Shown: piece by piece, positions 20,424 to 29,502 of the stretch
Layout: every line of letters starts with the position of its first letter
How positions within the stretch are numbered: the first letter of the stretch is position 1
Assembly (NCBI GenBank): GCA_965279525.1
Contig: CBDIIB010000005.1
Location: forward strand, 256,001 to 320,000
From: Tagaea sp.
GTDB lineage: Bacteria > Pseudomonadota > Alphaproteobacteria > CACIAM-22H2
DNA length: 64,000 nt
Direction: 5' to 3'
The notes under the pieces: model-generated
Database searches by the model: none
What the model was told of the DNA's origin: nothing
Seen by the model: only the letters and a program-made list of their open reading frames with translations
Translations under genes and position numbers: made by a program

Positions 20424-21083
20424 ATGACAGACACATCCAATGTTCCGCCTGCCGCCGACGCTCCTGCCTCCGGCGAGGCCGGGAAGGAACCCGTCAAGAT
20501 CAAGAAATATGCAAATCGCCGTCTCTACAACACGGCGACATCGAGCTACGTGACGCTCGACCACCTCTGCACGATGGTCAAGCAGGGCACGGATTTCCTC
20601 GTTCACGACGCCAAGACCGGCGAAGACATCACGCGCAGCGTGCTGACCCAGATCATCGTCGAGGAAGAAGGCAAGGGCGGGCAGAACATGCTGCCGGTGG
20701 CTTTCCTGCGCCAGCTGATCTCGTTCTACGGCGACAATCTGCAGGCCCTGGTGCCGCGCTACCTGGAAAATTCGATGTCGGCGTTCTCGCGCAACCAGGA
20801 GCAGATGCGCACGGCCATGCAGCAGGCGTTCGGCGGCATGTTCCCGTTCAGCACGCCCATGGGCGGCACGATCGAGGAGATCGGCAAGCAGAACATGGCG
20901 CTGCTCCAGAACGCGATGAAGATGTGGGCGCCGTTCGGCTTCGAAGGCGGCAAGGCACCGGCAGGTGCCGCACCGGCGAGCGAACCGGGTGCCGGCGTGC
21001 AGGGGACTGAGTCGCTGGACGAACTTCGCAAGCAGCTCGAAGCGATGCAGGCCCGCCTCAGCGATCTTTCGAAGAAGCCCTGA
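20424..21083 (+). CDS. phaR: Polyhydroxyalkanoate synthesis repressor PhaR
   Basis: IKKYANRRLYNT..SSYVTL, DAKTGEDITRSVLTQII and LRQLISFYG motifs. Confidence 0.95.
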   Translation: MTDTSNVPPAADAPASGEAGKEPVKIKKYANRRLYNTATSSYVTLDHLCTMVKQGTDFLVHDAKTGEDITRSVLTQIIVEEEGKGGQNMLPVAFLRQLISFYGDNLQALVPRYLENSMSAFSRNQEQMRTAMQQAFGGMFPFSTPMGGTIEEIGKQNMALLQNAMKMWAPFGFEGGKAPAGAAPASEPGAGVQGTESLDELRKQLEAMQARLSDLSKKP

Positions 21084-21087
21084 AGCC

Positions 21088-21339
21088 TTAGACTTCGAGC
21101 GCCGCGCGGTAGAGGTCGAGCAGCTCGTCCTGCTCCTTGCGGTCGGGCTCTTCCATCTTCCGAAGCTTGATCACCTGACGCATGATCTTCGTGTCGAAGC
21201 CGTTGCCCTTGGCTTCGGCATAGACTTCGCGGATGTCCGCGGCCAGATCGGCCTTCTCGGTCTCCAGGCGCTCGATGCGCTCGACGAAAGACTTCAGTTT
21301 CGCCGCCGCAATGCCGCCCGTATCGCCGCCGTCCGCCAT
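21088..21339 (-). CDS. gapR: DUF2312/UPF0335 nucleoid-associated protein (GapR homolog)
   Basis: LKSFVERIERLETEK...EVYAEAKGNGFDTKIMRQVIKLRK. Confidence 0.92.
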   Translation of the reverse strand: MADGGDTGGIAAAKLKSFVERIERLETEKADLAADIREVYAEAKGNGFDTKIMRQVIKLRKMEEPDRKEQDELLDLYRAALEV

Positions 21340-21422
21340 CTGCCCGTCTCCAAGGATTCGATTCGAAGGAGCCGGAAGCTAGCGGTGCGCGCGCGCCGCG
21401 ACCAGACGAAATCGTCGTCGTC

Positions 21423-21431
21423 TGTGGATAA
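21423..21431. promoter_or_regulatory. DnaA box upstream of gapR
   Basis: Perfect TGTGGATAA in the DUF1244-gapR spacer. Confidence 0.55.
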
Positions 21432-21445
21432 GGTGCATAGCGGGA

Positions 21446-21751
21446 CTAATGCTTGTGCGTGGCCGCGAATTTGGCCTTCTGGTCGGCGCCGGCCTCGTTC
21501 TGGTGCTTGGCCTTCCATTCGTCGTAGGGCATGCCGTAGACGATTTCGCGTGCCTGCGGGTCAGTGAGTCCCACGCCCTTCTCCTGGGCGGCGGCGAGGT
21601 ACCATTTCGACAGGCAGTTGCGGCAGAAGCCCGCCAGATTCATCAGATCGATGTTCTGCACGTCGGTCCGCTCGCGCAGATGCGTGACGAGCCGGCGGAA
21701 GGCGGCGGCTTCAAGTTCGGTGCGGGTCTTGTCGTCGAGTTCGGCGGCCAT
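21446..21751 (-). CDS. DUF1244 domain-containing protein
   Basis: ELEAAAFRRL..HL, DVQNIDLMNLAGFCRNCLSKWY and YGMPYDEWK motifs. Confidence 0.92.
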   Translation of the reverse strand: MAAELDDKTRTELEAAAFRRLVTHLRERTDVQNIDLMNLAGFCRNCLSKWYLAAAQEKGVGLTDPQAREIVYGMPYDEWKAKHQNEAGADQKAKFAATHKH

Positions 21752-21804
21752 GGCGGTCTCCCGGATCGGGTTTCACCCCTAGATATAGGCCGGGCGGGCG
21801 GGCG

Positions 21805-22950
21805 TTACAAACCCTCGACCGTCTCGGCGATCAGGCCATCCACGACGGCAGCCAATGCACCCGCCTTGTCGGCACCGTCGGCAAGCGCCTTGGCATAGGT
21901 GGCACGCTGGCGGTGGGCCGACGTCCCGCGTGCCAGGATCGTGCGGGCGTGCGCGATCTCGGCCGTGCAGTCCAGGCGCTCGGCGTCGGCGCGGACAAGT
22001 TCGAACAGTTCCTCCAGCAGCGTGGCATAGGCGACGATCTCGCCCTTGCCGAAATCGACGAGCCCGCCATCGAGCCCGTAGCGCTGCGCGCGCCAGCGGT
22101 TCTCCTTGACCAGCATGTGCGGATAGATGCGCCAGCGCTGGTTCATGCGCTTCAGCCGCCACAGCATAGAGATCATGCACTGGTAGAGGGCGGCGATCGC
22201 GATCGCGTCGTCGAGATACGGGCACATGTCGGTGATGCGCATCTCGAGCGTGGGAAAGCGCGCCGACGGGCGCACGTCCCACCACAGCTTCGAGGCATCG
22301 TCGATGAGGCCGGCCGCGACCAGCCGGTCGAGCTGGCGGCGGTACTCGCCGTAGCTTTCGAAATGGTCGGGCGGACCGGTGCGCGGGAGTTCATTGAAGA
22401 TCGCCACGCGATAGCTCGCCAAGCCTGAATCCTCGCCCTGCCAAAACGGCGAGGAGGTGGACAGCGCCAGCAGATGCGGCAGGAAATAGCCGATCTGATT
22501 CATCAGGTCGATGCGCAGCTCGTCGTCCTCGATACCGACATGCACATGCAGCCCGCAGATCACCAGCCGGCGCCCCACGCCCTGCAAGTCGCGTTCGAGC
22601 GCGCGGTAACGATCCTTGTCGGTCGCCCCCGCCCCGCGCCATAGCGCGAAGGGATGCGTCGAGGCCGCGATGGGTGCCAGACCGTAATCGCCCGCCACGT
22701 CGGCGACCGCGCGGCGCAGGCGGGCAAGGTCGGCGCGCGCTTCGCGCGCGGTCCGGCACACGCGCGTCTGCACTTCGATTTGGGCGCGCAGGAATTCCGG
22801 GCTTGTCTGGCCGGCCTGACCCTGTGCGGCCAGCCGCGCCTCGACTTTCGCAACCAGATCCAATGGCGGATCGCGGGCGAGATCGCGCGAGGTGCGCTCG
22901 ACCAGCAGATATTCTTCCTCAACGCCGATCGTGAAAGCGGGCTCGCTCAT
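21805..22950 (-). CDS. Carboxylate-amine ligase (YbdK/GCS2 family)
   Basis: FTIGVEEEY, CGLHVHVG, SSPFW, WWDVRPS..FPTLEMR and ENRWRAQRYG motifs. Confidence 0.92.
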   Translation of the reverse strand: MSEPAFTIGVEEEYLLVERTSRDLARDPPLDLVAKVEARLAAQGQAGQTSPEFLRAQIEVQTRVCRTAREARADLARLRRAVADVAGDYGLAPIAASTHPFALWRGAGATDKDRYRALERDLQGVGRRLVICGLHVHVGIEDDELRIDLMNQIGYFLPHLLALSTSSPFWQGEDSGLASYRVAIFNELPRTGPPDHFESYGEYRRQLDRLVAAGLIDDASKLWWDVRPSARFPTLEMRITDMCPYLDDAIAIAALYQCMISMLWRLKRMNQRWRIYPHMLVKENRWRAQRYGLDGGLVDFGKGEIVAYATLLEELFELVRADAERLDCTAEIAHARTILARGTSAHRQRATYAKALADGADKAGALAAVVDGLIAETVEGL

Positions 22951-23744
22951 GGATGGACCTTCGCCGTCGCCATCTCCGGCAGGTCGACGAGCGGGGCGAT
23001 CGCGTCGCCGAAGATCGCGGCCCACCGGTCGCAGCCCGCACGCGTATCGATCAGATCCTGGCGGATCTCGATCAGCGCGTGCGGCAGCCCCGCCTCCTCG
23101 CAATGGGCGCGCATCGTGTAGCCGTGCCCGTCGCGCGCGTCGTAGGGCTCGTTGTCGCCGACCGTCACGCCGTCAATCGCCGCCAGTCGCGCCATAAGCG
23201 GCACGGGAAGCCGCGGATCGGACTTCCACAGCACGCCCACGTGCCACGGCCGTTCGAACCCCTTGAAGACGGGCGTGCAGGAATGCATCGCCACGACGAC
23301 CGGCACGCGGCCCCGTTTGACCATGCCGGCAAGCGTTTCGTGGACGGAGGCATGATAGGGCGTGTGCAGGCCGGCAACGCGCATGGCGCGCTGTGCGGGC
23401 GTCAGCGCGAAATTTCCCGGCACCGGCGTCCCGTCCGACATTTCCGGGCACAGGCCCGGATCGTCGAGCCGCCGGTTGCAGTCGATGACGAGACGCGAAT
23501 AGCCGCTTGCCACGACGGCGCAGCCGAAGCGCGCGGCAAGCCGCTTGGAAACCTCGAACGCGCCGATGTCCCAGGCGATGTGGCGGTCCCATTCGGCGCG
23601 CGGCACGCCCAGATCGCCGAGCGTGCGCGGCACGGCACGGCTGGCGTGGTCGCAGATCACGACAAGGCGCGTGTCTCCGGTCGCCGGGATCGCGATGACC
23701 GGCGGCGGCTCGTCGGGTGCAAGGAGGGGAATCGGGTCTGCCAT
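22947..23744 (-). CDS. N-formylglutamate amidohydrolase family protein
   Basis: CDHAS, HIAWDIG, SRLVIDCNR, PYH, HSCTP, NEPY and IEIRQDLI motifs. Confidence 0.92.
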   Translation of the reverse strand: MADPIPLLAPDEPPPVIAIPATGDTRLVVICDHASRAVPRTLGDLGVPRAEWDRHIAWDIGAFEVSKRLAARFGCAVVASGYSRLVIDCNRRLDDPGLCPEMSDGTPVPGNFALTPAQRAMRVAGLHTPYHASVHETLAGMVKRGRVPVVVAMHSCTPVFKGFERPWHVGVLWKSDPRLPVPLMARLAAIDGVTVGDNEPYDARDGHGYTMRAHCEEAGLPHALIEIRQDLIDTRAGCDRWAAIFGDAIAPLVDLPEMATAKVHP

Positions 23745-23803
23745 ACGCGCGCGGCGCCACTATAGCGCGCCGCGCGAACGGCCTGCTAGGCTCCGCCGCG
23801 ACC

Positions 23804-25048
23804 ATGGATCACCGTGCCTTTCTCGTCTCGCTGTTCGACGCGGCCGTCGCCGCCGCCCAGCCCGCCTTGCGGATCCGCGATTTCCTGCCGGCGGCACCGA
23901 AGGGCCGTCTCGTCGTCGTCGGTGCCGGAAAGGCGTCGGCGGCGATGGCCAAGGCGTTCGAGGATGCCTGGTCCGGGCCGCTGGAAGGCCTCGTGGTCAC
24001 ACGCTATGGCCACGGCGTGCCATGCCGGCGCATCGAGATCGTCGAGGCGGCCCATCCCGTCCCCGATGCCGCGGGCATGGCAGCGGCCGGGCGGATGCTC
24101 GAGCGCGTGCGCGGCCTCGGTGCCGACGATCTTGTCGTGGCCCTCATGTCAGGCGGCGGCTCGGCCGTGCTGAGCCTGCCCGCCCCGCCCATAGCACTCG
24201 ACGAATTCCGGGCATTGACGACAGCACTGCTGAAGTCGGGGGCGAACATCGTCGAGATGAACGCGGTGCGAAAGCACCTGTCGACCATCTCGGGCGGACG
24301 GCTGGCGCAGGCGGCATCGCCCGCCCGCGTGTTCACGCTCGGGATTTCCGACGTGCCCGGCGACGATCCCTCGACCATCGGATCGGGCCCGACGGTGCCC
24401 GATCCGACCACACTTGCCGACGCGCGCGCCGTGCTTGCCAAGTACGCGATCGTGCCGTCGCCGGCCATTGCCGCCCGCCTCGCCGATCCGGCGGCGGAGA
24501 CGCCCAAGTCGCTGCCGAATGCCGAATACCGCCTCATCGCCGCGCCGATCCAGTCGCTCGATGCGGCAGCCGCCTTGGCGCGTGCCGCCGGCTTCGCCGT
24601 GCATTCGCTCGGTCCCGATCTGGAAGGCGAGAGCCGCGACGTGGCCGCAGCACACGCCCGCCTCGTGCGCGATATCCGGGCCGGTCGCGGCCCGGTCGCG
24701 GCACCGTGCGTGTTGCTGTCGGGCGGCGAGACGACCGTCACGGTGCGCGGCAAGGGGCGCGGCGGGCGCAATGCGGAGTTCGCCCTGTCGCTTGGCGTGG
24801 CACTCGACGGCATGGACGGCGTCTGGGCCATCGCGGGCGACACCGACGGCATCGACGGGACCGAGGACAATGCCGGCGCCATCGTGACACCCGACATGCT
24901 GGCCCGGGCGCGCAGGCTCGGGATCGACGCGGCAGACCGTCTCGCCGACAACGACGGTTACGGCTTCTTCGCGGCACTCGGCGATCTGGTCGTCACCGGC
25001 CCGACGCATACCAACGTCAACGATTTTCGCGCTATAGTCGTCGCCTGA
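23804..25048 (+). CDS. Glycerate kinase type 2 (TtuD/MOFRL family)
   Basis: GAGKAS, AAHPVPD, SGGGSA, SDVPGDDPSTIGSGPT, GGETTV, DTDGIDG and TGPTHTNVND motifs. Confidence 0.93.
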   Translation: MDHRAFLVSLFDAAVAAAQPALRIRDFLPAAPKGRLVVVGAGKASAAMAKAFEDAWSGPLEGLVVTRYGHGVPCRRIEIVEAAHPVPDAAGMAAAGRMLERVRGLGADDLVVALMSGGGSAVLSLPAPPIALDEFRALTTALLKSGANIVEMNAVRKHLSTISGGRLAQAASPARVFTLGISDVPGDDPSTIGSGPTVPDPTTLADARAVLAKYAIVPSPAIAARLADPAAETPKSLPNAEYRLIAAPIQSLDAAAALARAAGFAVHSLGPDLEGESRDVAAAHARLVRDIRAGRGPVAAPCVLLSGGETTVTVRGKGRGGRNAEFALSLGVALDGMDGVWAIAGDTDGIDGTEDNAGAIVTPDMLARARRLGIDAADRLADNDGYGFFAALGDLVVTGPTHTNVNDFRAIVVA

Positions 25049-25079
25049 ACGAACGAAAAAAAGACGGGAGACCGCCGCC

Positions 25080-26496
25080 GTGCGCCGCATCTGTGCCACC
25101 AAAATCGTCGCCACGCTGGGACCCGCCACCAGCGATCCGGCCGTCATCGAACGCATATTCTTGGCGGGAGTCGACGTCTTCCGGCTCAATTTCAGCCATG
25201 GCGACCACGAAGACCACCGCCAGCGTTACGACACGCTACGCGCACTCGAGGAGAAGACCGGCCGCCCCATCGCGGTGCTGGCCGACCTGCAGGGACCAAA
25301 GCTGCGCGTCGGCACGTTCAAGGCGGGGCTCCGTCACGCTCAAGGTCGGCGCCACGTTCCGCTTCGACATGGACAAGACGCCCGGCGACGAGACGCGTGC
25401 ACCCCTGCTCCATCCCGAGATCTTCGCGGCCCTGCAGCCCGACCAGCATCTGCTGATCGACGACGGCAAGCTGCGTCTGCAGACCATCGAGACTTCCCCC
25501 ACGCACGCGCTTTGCAAGGTGCTCGTCGGCGGTGTCATTTCCAATCGCAAGGGCGTCAACGTGCCGGGCACCGTGCTGCCGATCTCGGCGCTGACCGAAA
25601 AAGACCGGCGCGATCTCGCCTTCGCGCTCGAACTCGGCGTCGACTGGGTGGCCCTGTCCTTCGTCCAGCGGCCCGACGACATCGCGGAGGCCAAGAAGCT
25701 CATCCTGGGCCGGGCCGGCGTGTGCGCGAAGCTCGAGAAGCCCTCGGCGATCGACCGGCTCGACGAGATCGTGGAACTTTCCGACGCGGTGATGGTCGCG
25801 CGCGGCGACCTTGGTGTCGAGATGATGCCGGAAGACGTGCCGGCCATGCAGAAGCGCATCGTGCGCACCTGCCGCAAGCTCGGCCGGCCCGTCATCGTCG
25901 CCACGCAGATGCTGGAATCGATGATCCATTCACCCACGCCCACGCGCGCGGAAGCCTCCGACGTGGCGACGGCCGTCTATGACGGGGCGGATGCCGTGAT
26001 GCTGTCGGCCGAGACGGCGTCGGGCGAGTTCCCGCTCGAGGCGGTCACGATCATGGAGCGCATCATCGCCCGCGTGGAGCAGGACCCGCTCTACCGACCG
26101 ATCATGGATGCCGATCACGCGGCACCCGAGCCTACCGCGTCGGACGCGATCACGGCGGCGGCGGCCCAGGTCGCGCGCACGATCAAGGCGGCGGCCATCG
26201 TCACCTTCACCACGTCTGGCTCGACGACGCTGCGCGCCGCGCGCGAACGGCCCGAAGCGCCGATCCTGTGCCTGACGCAGAACCGCAAGACCGCACGCCG
26301 CCTCGTGCTGTGCTGGGGCACGCACACGATGCTGTCGGAGGAGTTCGCCTCCTTCACGAAGATGGTCGACAAGGCGTGCGAGGTGGCGAAAGCCGAAGGC
26401 TTCGCCGATCCGGGCGAGACCATCGCGATCACCGCCGGCGTGCCGTTCGGAACGCCCGGCGCCACGAACATCCTGCGGATCGCGTGGATACGGTAA
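25080..26496 (+). CDS. pyk: Pyruvate kinase with an apparent +1 frameshift at 25325-25328 (sequencing error or pseudogene)
   Basis: TKIVATLGP, RLNFSHG and DLQGPKLR lie in one frame; KGVN, AKLEKP, MVARGDLGVE, ATQMLESM and MLSAETA in another. Removing one G from GGGG joins them (FKAGSVTL). Confidence 0.93.
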
Positions 26497-26522
26497 TTGG
26501 TCCTGTCATACGATTATATACC

Positions 26523-26554
26523 TTGACGCGTTTCTGATTGTTCTTTAGACGTTC
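26523..26554 (+). promoter_or_regulatory. Sigma70-type promoter overlapped by an alphaproteobacterial LexA (SOS) box
   Basis: -35 TTGACG (26523-26528), 17-bp spacer, -10-like TAGACG. GTTC-TTTAGAC-GTTC (26540-26554) is a perfect GTTC-N7-GTTC. Confidence 0.75.
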
Positions 26555-26581
26555 TCTCCACCTTCGGATGTGGAGAGAACG
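26550..26581 (+). other. Perfect 12-bp hairpin sequestering the RBS of the downstream gene
   Basis: CGTTCTCTCCAC-cttcggat-GTGGAGAGAACG. The 3' arm contains GGAGAG and ends immediately before ATG 26582. Confidence 0.7.
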
Positions 26582-28150
26582 ATGCTGTCAGTCGCCTGAG
26601 AATCTGCTGAAACCGTTCTCACCGCGCCGCCGCCCGTCGACCCCGGGTGCCGGCGCTGGCGGCTGGTTCGATCTCGAAGACTGGGTGGGCCCCGGTCGGC
26701 CCGAGCACGCGCCCGGATATCGCCAAGCTGGAAGCGATCCTCGCCAACAGCGGCGACTTCCCGATGGAGCGCTTCCAGGGCCCGACCGGCTACTGGGGCG
26801 GTGCGCTCGATCAGGGGATCCGCAGCTACCAGAAGCGCAACGGCCTGAAGGTCGACGGCGCGCTTGCGCCCCGGCGGCCCGACGATCAGCCACATGCGCG
26901 ATTCGTTCGCCAACCTGTTCGACGGCCACGAGCCGCCGACGGTCGCCGACATCGACGCGCACCAGAACGTCGTCGGCGACGACAATCCCGGCACCATCGC
27001 GTGGCGCAAGCCCGTCGTCGACCTTTCGCAGATCCCCGGCCTGCCGGAGATCGACCAGGAAGCCGACGCGTCGAACACGCGCCTCGCGCGCGCGATGCTG
27101 CGCACCGGCGACATCGAGGGCTACGCGCCGCTGATGCGCGATGCGATCGACCAGGGCAGCAAGCACGCCCTCGCCGAGGTGCGCGACCTCACGATGAAGC
27201 TCGACGAGGCCTCCCCGGGGCTCGGCAACCGCTTCGCCGGCTACGTCTTCGACGGGATGGAGAAGGCCAAGCGCGACAGGCTCCAGATCAAGATGCAGGG
27301 AGGGCAGCCGCTCGGCACGGTCCAGGTGGCTCAGGTCGGCGAAATCCTCGACCTCGGAATGTTGGGATTGCTCGGTACCGGCATGGTGGTCGGCGCCAAG
27401 AACGCGGCAGACGGCACGCGCAAAGCGTTGAGCCCGGGAGAAGTCCCGGGTTCACCGCCGCCTCTGGTCCCAACCGACGATCCAACGCGCACGCGGCCGG
27501 GATACGAGGAAATCCCGACGGCCATCGCCGGGCCAACGAATACCGGCCATCCGGCCGAAACGCCGGACCCGTCCGACAACCTCGAGACGTTTCCGGCAGC
27601 TCCGGAGGAGAAGCGCCAACAGATCGTCGACGATATCAGGAAGGATCTGTTCCCGAACTACGTGGAGATGCGGTATGGCGACCGCGAGGAAAATCGCGCG
27701 ACCGACGAGAATGCAGAAATCACAAACCTCATCATCGAGACGTTCATGGATGAGGTAAAGAAGTCGCATCTCCCGGATATGATCCATCACGAGAACGGAG
27801 GATCATTTCTCGGGGAGAAAAAGGAATACAGGGAAGAGCGTACGATCCGAAACAACTTCGGTACGTTCAACCGGCCCGACGGAACGTTCCAGCTCGAAGG
27901 AGCTGAACGCAACGACGACTCCATGAATTTCAACGTGCAGACCCCGAAGAAGGACGGCACCCCAATCGAACGGGAACAGAGAAGTTTCGACAGGCTTTCA
28001 GAAGTGCTCGGCAAAGACAGCATGAAGGGTTACCCGAAAAGACTTCCCAACCAGAGCCTTGAAGATCACAAGCGCGAGGCGAAGGCGTTTGCCGTCAAGA
28101 TGTACAAAGAGTACGAGAATCGTTTGTGGAACCTCCCGGGTCCGAGATAG
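26582..28150 (+). CDS. Peptidoglycan-binding-domain protein with divergent toxin-like C-terminus; three apparent +1 frameshifts (about 26588, 26700-26702, 26869-26872)
   Basis: Joined frames give FDLEDWVGPGRPSTRPDIAKLEAIL...GPTGYWG..LDQGIRSYQKRNGLKVDGALAPGGPTI (PG_binding_1-like), then a Pro-rich linker and a charged C-terminal domain. Intact ORF spans 26864-28150. Confidence 0.6.
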
Positions 28151-28154
28151 GCAA

Positions 28155-28937
28155 ATGGATTTCGACAACCTCCGCCGCGAAGGGCACGAGCCTGCGATCG
28201 TGCCGAATGCGGGACGCGGGCAAACGGTCAATTGGACGAGCGCCGACGCGCAGCGATTTCTCGAATCGCTGCGCGCGGCGTTCCCCCACATTTTCGTCCA
28301 TGAAGACTTCAGCCATCTGCATCATAGGGCGGAAAAGCCGGTCGTTCGGACCCTCGATCGCATCGACAGCCCCGCAAAGCTGCTCCGAGTCAAAGTTCTC
28401 TTCACGTATCCGGGCTGGCGGCCAAATCTTGTGCAGGTTGACGATCGGGGCCCCGGATACTCTCCGTATTGGACGTGGGAGCGATATATTTCGCCGCGTC
28501 TGTCGTTTTCTGTCCGGCGCGACGAAGACTGCGTCTCCCGACCGGTTTGGGCAAAGGAGGGTCGCGCTTCGCCGATCGAATCCTGGGCTTCGACAAATCT
28601 GATGACTTCCTACCGGCGGGAACTGCCGGAGGAACGCAAGATCGAAGAGAAGGCATTGCGGCTTGCCCGCAAGCTCTGCGCGCGGACCGTGCCAATGCTG
28701 TGGCATTCGCTGGAGGAGTATTTCACCGGAAAAGCGCGCGTCAACCGCGGCGGCTTCATGGTCGGCGACGGCTGGGCGGTGCCAAGCGTGATCGACTGGT
28801 GCCGGGCCGCTCCGAATCGCATGATCGACGCCGGCACTTTTGCCGTCGGTGGTGGAACCGGTTGCCTGCCTGTCGAACTCGTCCCCGACGCATGGTGGGG
28901 CGATATCCCCAAACCCAAATGGGCGCAGCGCCCCTGA
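28155..28937 (+). CDS. Hypothetical protein, candidate immunity protein
   Basis: 260-aa ORF starting 4 nt after the toxin-like stop. Atypical codon usage, Trp/Pro-rich, no recognisable family. Confidence 0.6.
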   Translation: MDFDNLRREGHEPAIVPNAGRGQTVNWTSADAQRFLESLRAAFPHIFVHEDFSHLHHRAEKPVVRTLDRIDSPAKLLRVKVLFTYPGWRPNLVQVDDRGPGYSPYWTWERYISPRLSFSVRRDEDCVSRPVWAKEGRASPIESWASTNLMTSYRRELPEERKIEEKALRLARKLCARTVPMLWHSLEEYFTGKARVNRGGFMVGDGWAVPSVIDWCRAAPNRMIDAGTFAVGGGTGCLPVELVPDAWWGDIPKPKWAQRP

Positions 28938-28946
28938 CGCCTGCCC

Positions 28947-29441
28947 TCAGTCCTCAAGCACGCTGCGCAGCATCCAGGCGGTCTTTTCGTGGATGTCGAG
29001 GCGCTGGGTGAGGAGGTCCATGGTCGGCTGGTCGTCGGCCTTGGCGACAACAGGCAGCAGCTTGCGCGCGGTGCGGGCCGTCGCTTCCTGGGCCGCGACG
29101 AGATGGCGGACCATGTCGTCGGCCTTCGGCACGCCGTCTACTTCCTTGATCGAAGCGAGCTTGTGGAACTCGCGATAGGTTCCCGGTGCCGGATGCCCGA
29201 GGGCGCGGATGCGTTCGGCGATCAGGTCCAGCGCGTTCCACTGTTCGGTGTACTGGCCCATGAACATCAGATGCAGGCTGTTGAACTGCGGCCCGGTGAC
29301 GTTCCAATGGAAATTATGAGTCATCAAATAGAGCGTGTAGCTGTCGGCGAGCAGGGCCGAGAGGCCCTTGACGATCTTCGCGCGCGTCGACGCGTCGATG
29401 CCGATGTCAATCTTCGGGGCGCTGTTCTTCTTCGATGCCAT
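28947..29441 (-). CDS. dps: DNA starvation/stationary phase protection protein Dps
   Basis: [26 protein letters not shown] and HEKTAWML motifs. Confidence 0.95.
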   Translation of the reverse strand: MASKKNSAPKIDIGIDASTRAKIVKGLSALLADSYTLYLMTHNFHWNVTGPQFNSLHLMFMGQYTEQWNALDLIAERIRALGHPAPGTYREFHKLASIKEVDGVPKADDMVRHLVAAQEATARTARKLLPVVAKADDQPTMDLLTQRLDIHEKTAWMLRSVLED

Positions 29442-29502
29442 GGCGGGGCTCCTTCGCTCGCTCCCGATGAATCTGGGAGAATCTGCGGAAAATGCAAGTC
29501 CG

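Noticed and set aside
23545-25330. Apparent long N-terminal extension/fusion on pyruvate kinase (983-aa ORF), and similar extensions on DctP, the MASE1 kinase, SDR, MoaD and AllA
   Set aside because: The extensions are off-frame read-through of upstream genes; true starts have their own RBS or stop/start overlaps.
25315-25340. Programmed ribosomal frameshift in pyk
   Set aside because: No recognisable slippery heptamer or stimulatory structure; an indel error or mutation is simpler.
26497-28946. Insert as an IS, prophage or integrative element
   Set aside because: No transposase or integrase, terminal repeats, target duplication or tRNA seen.
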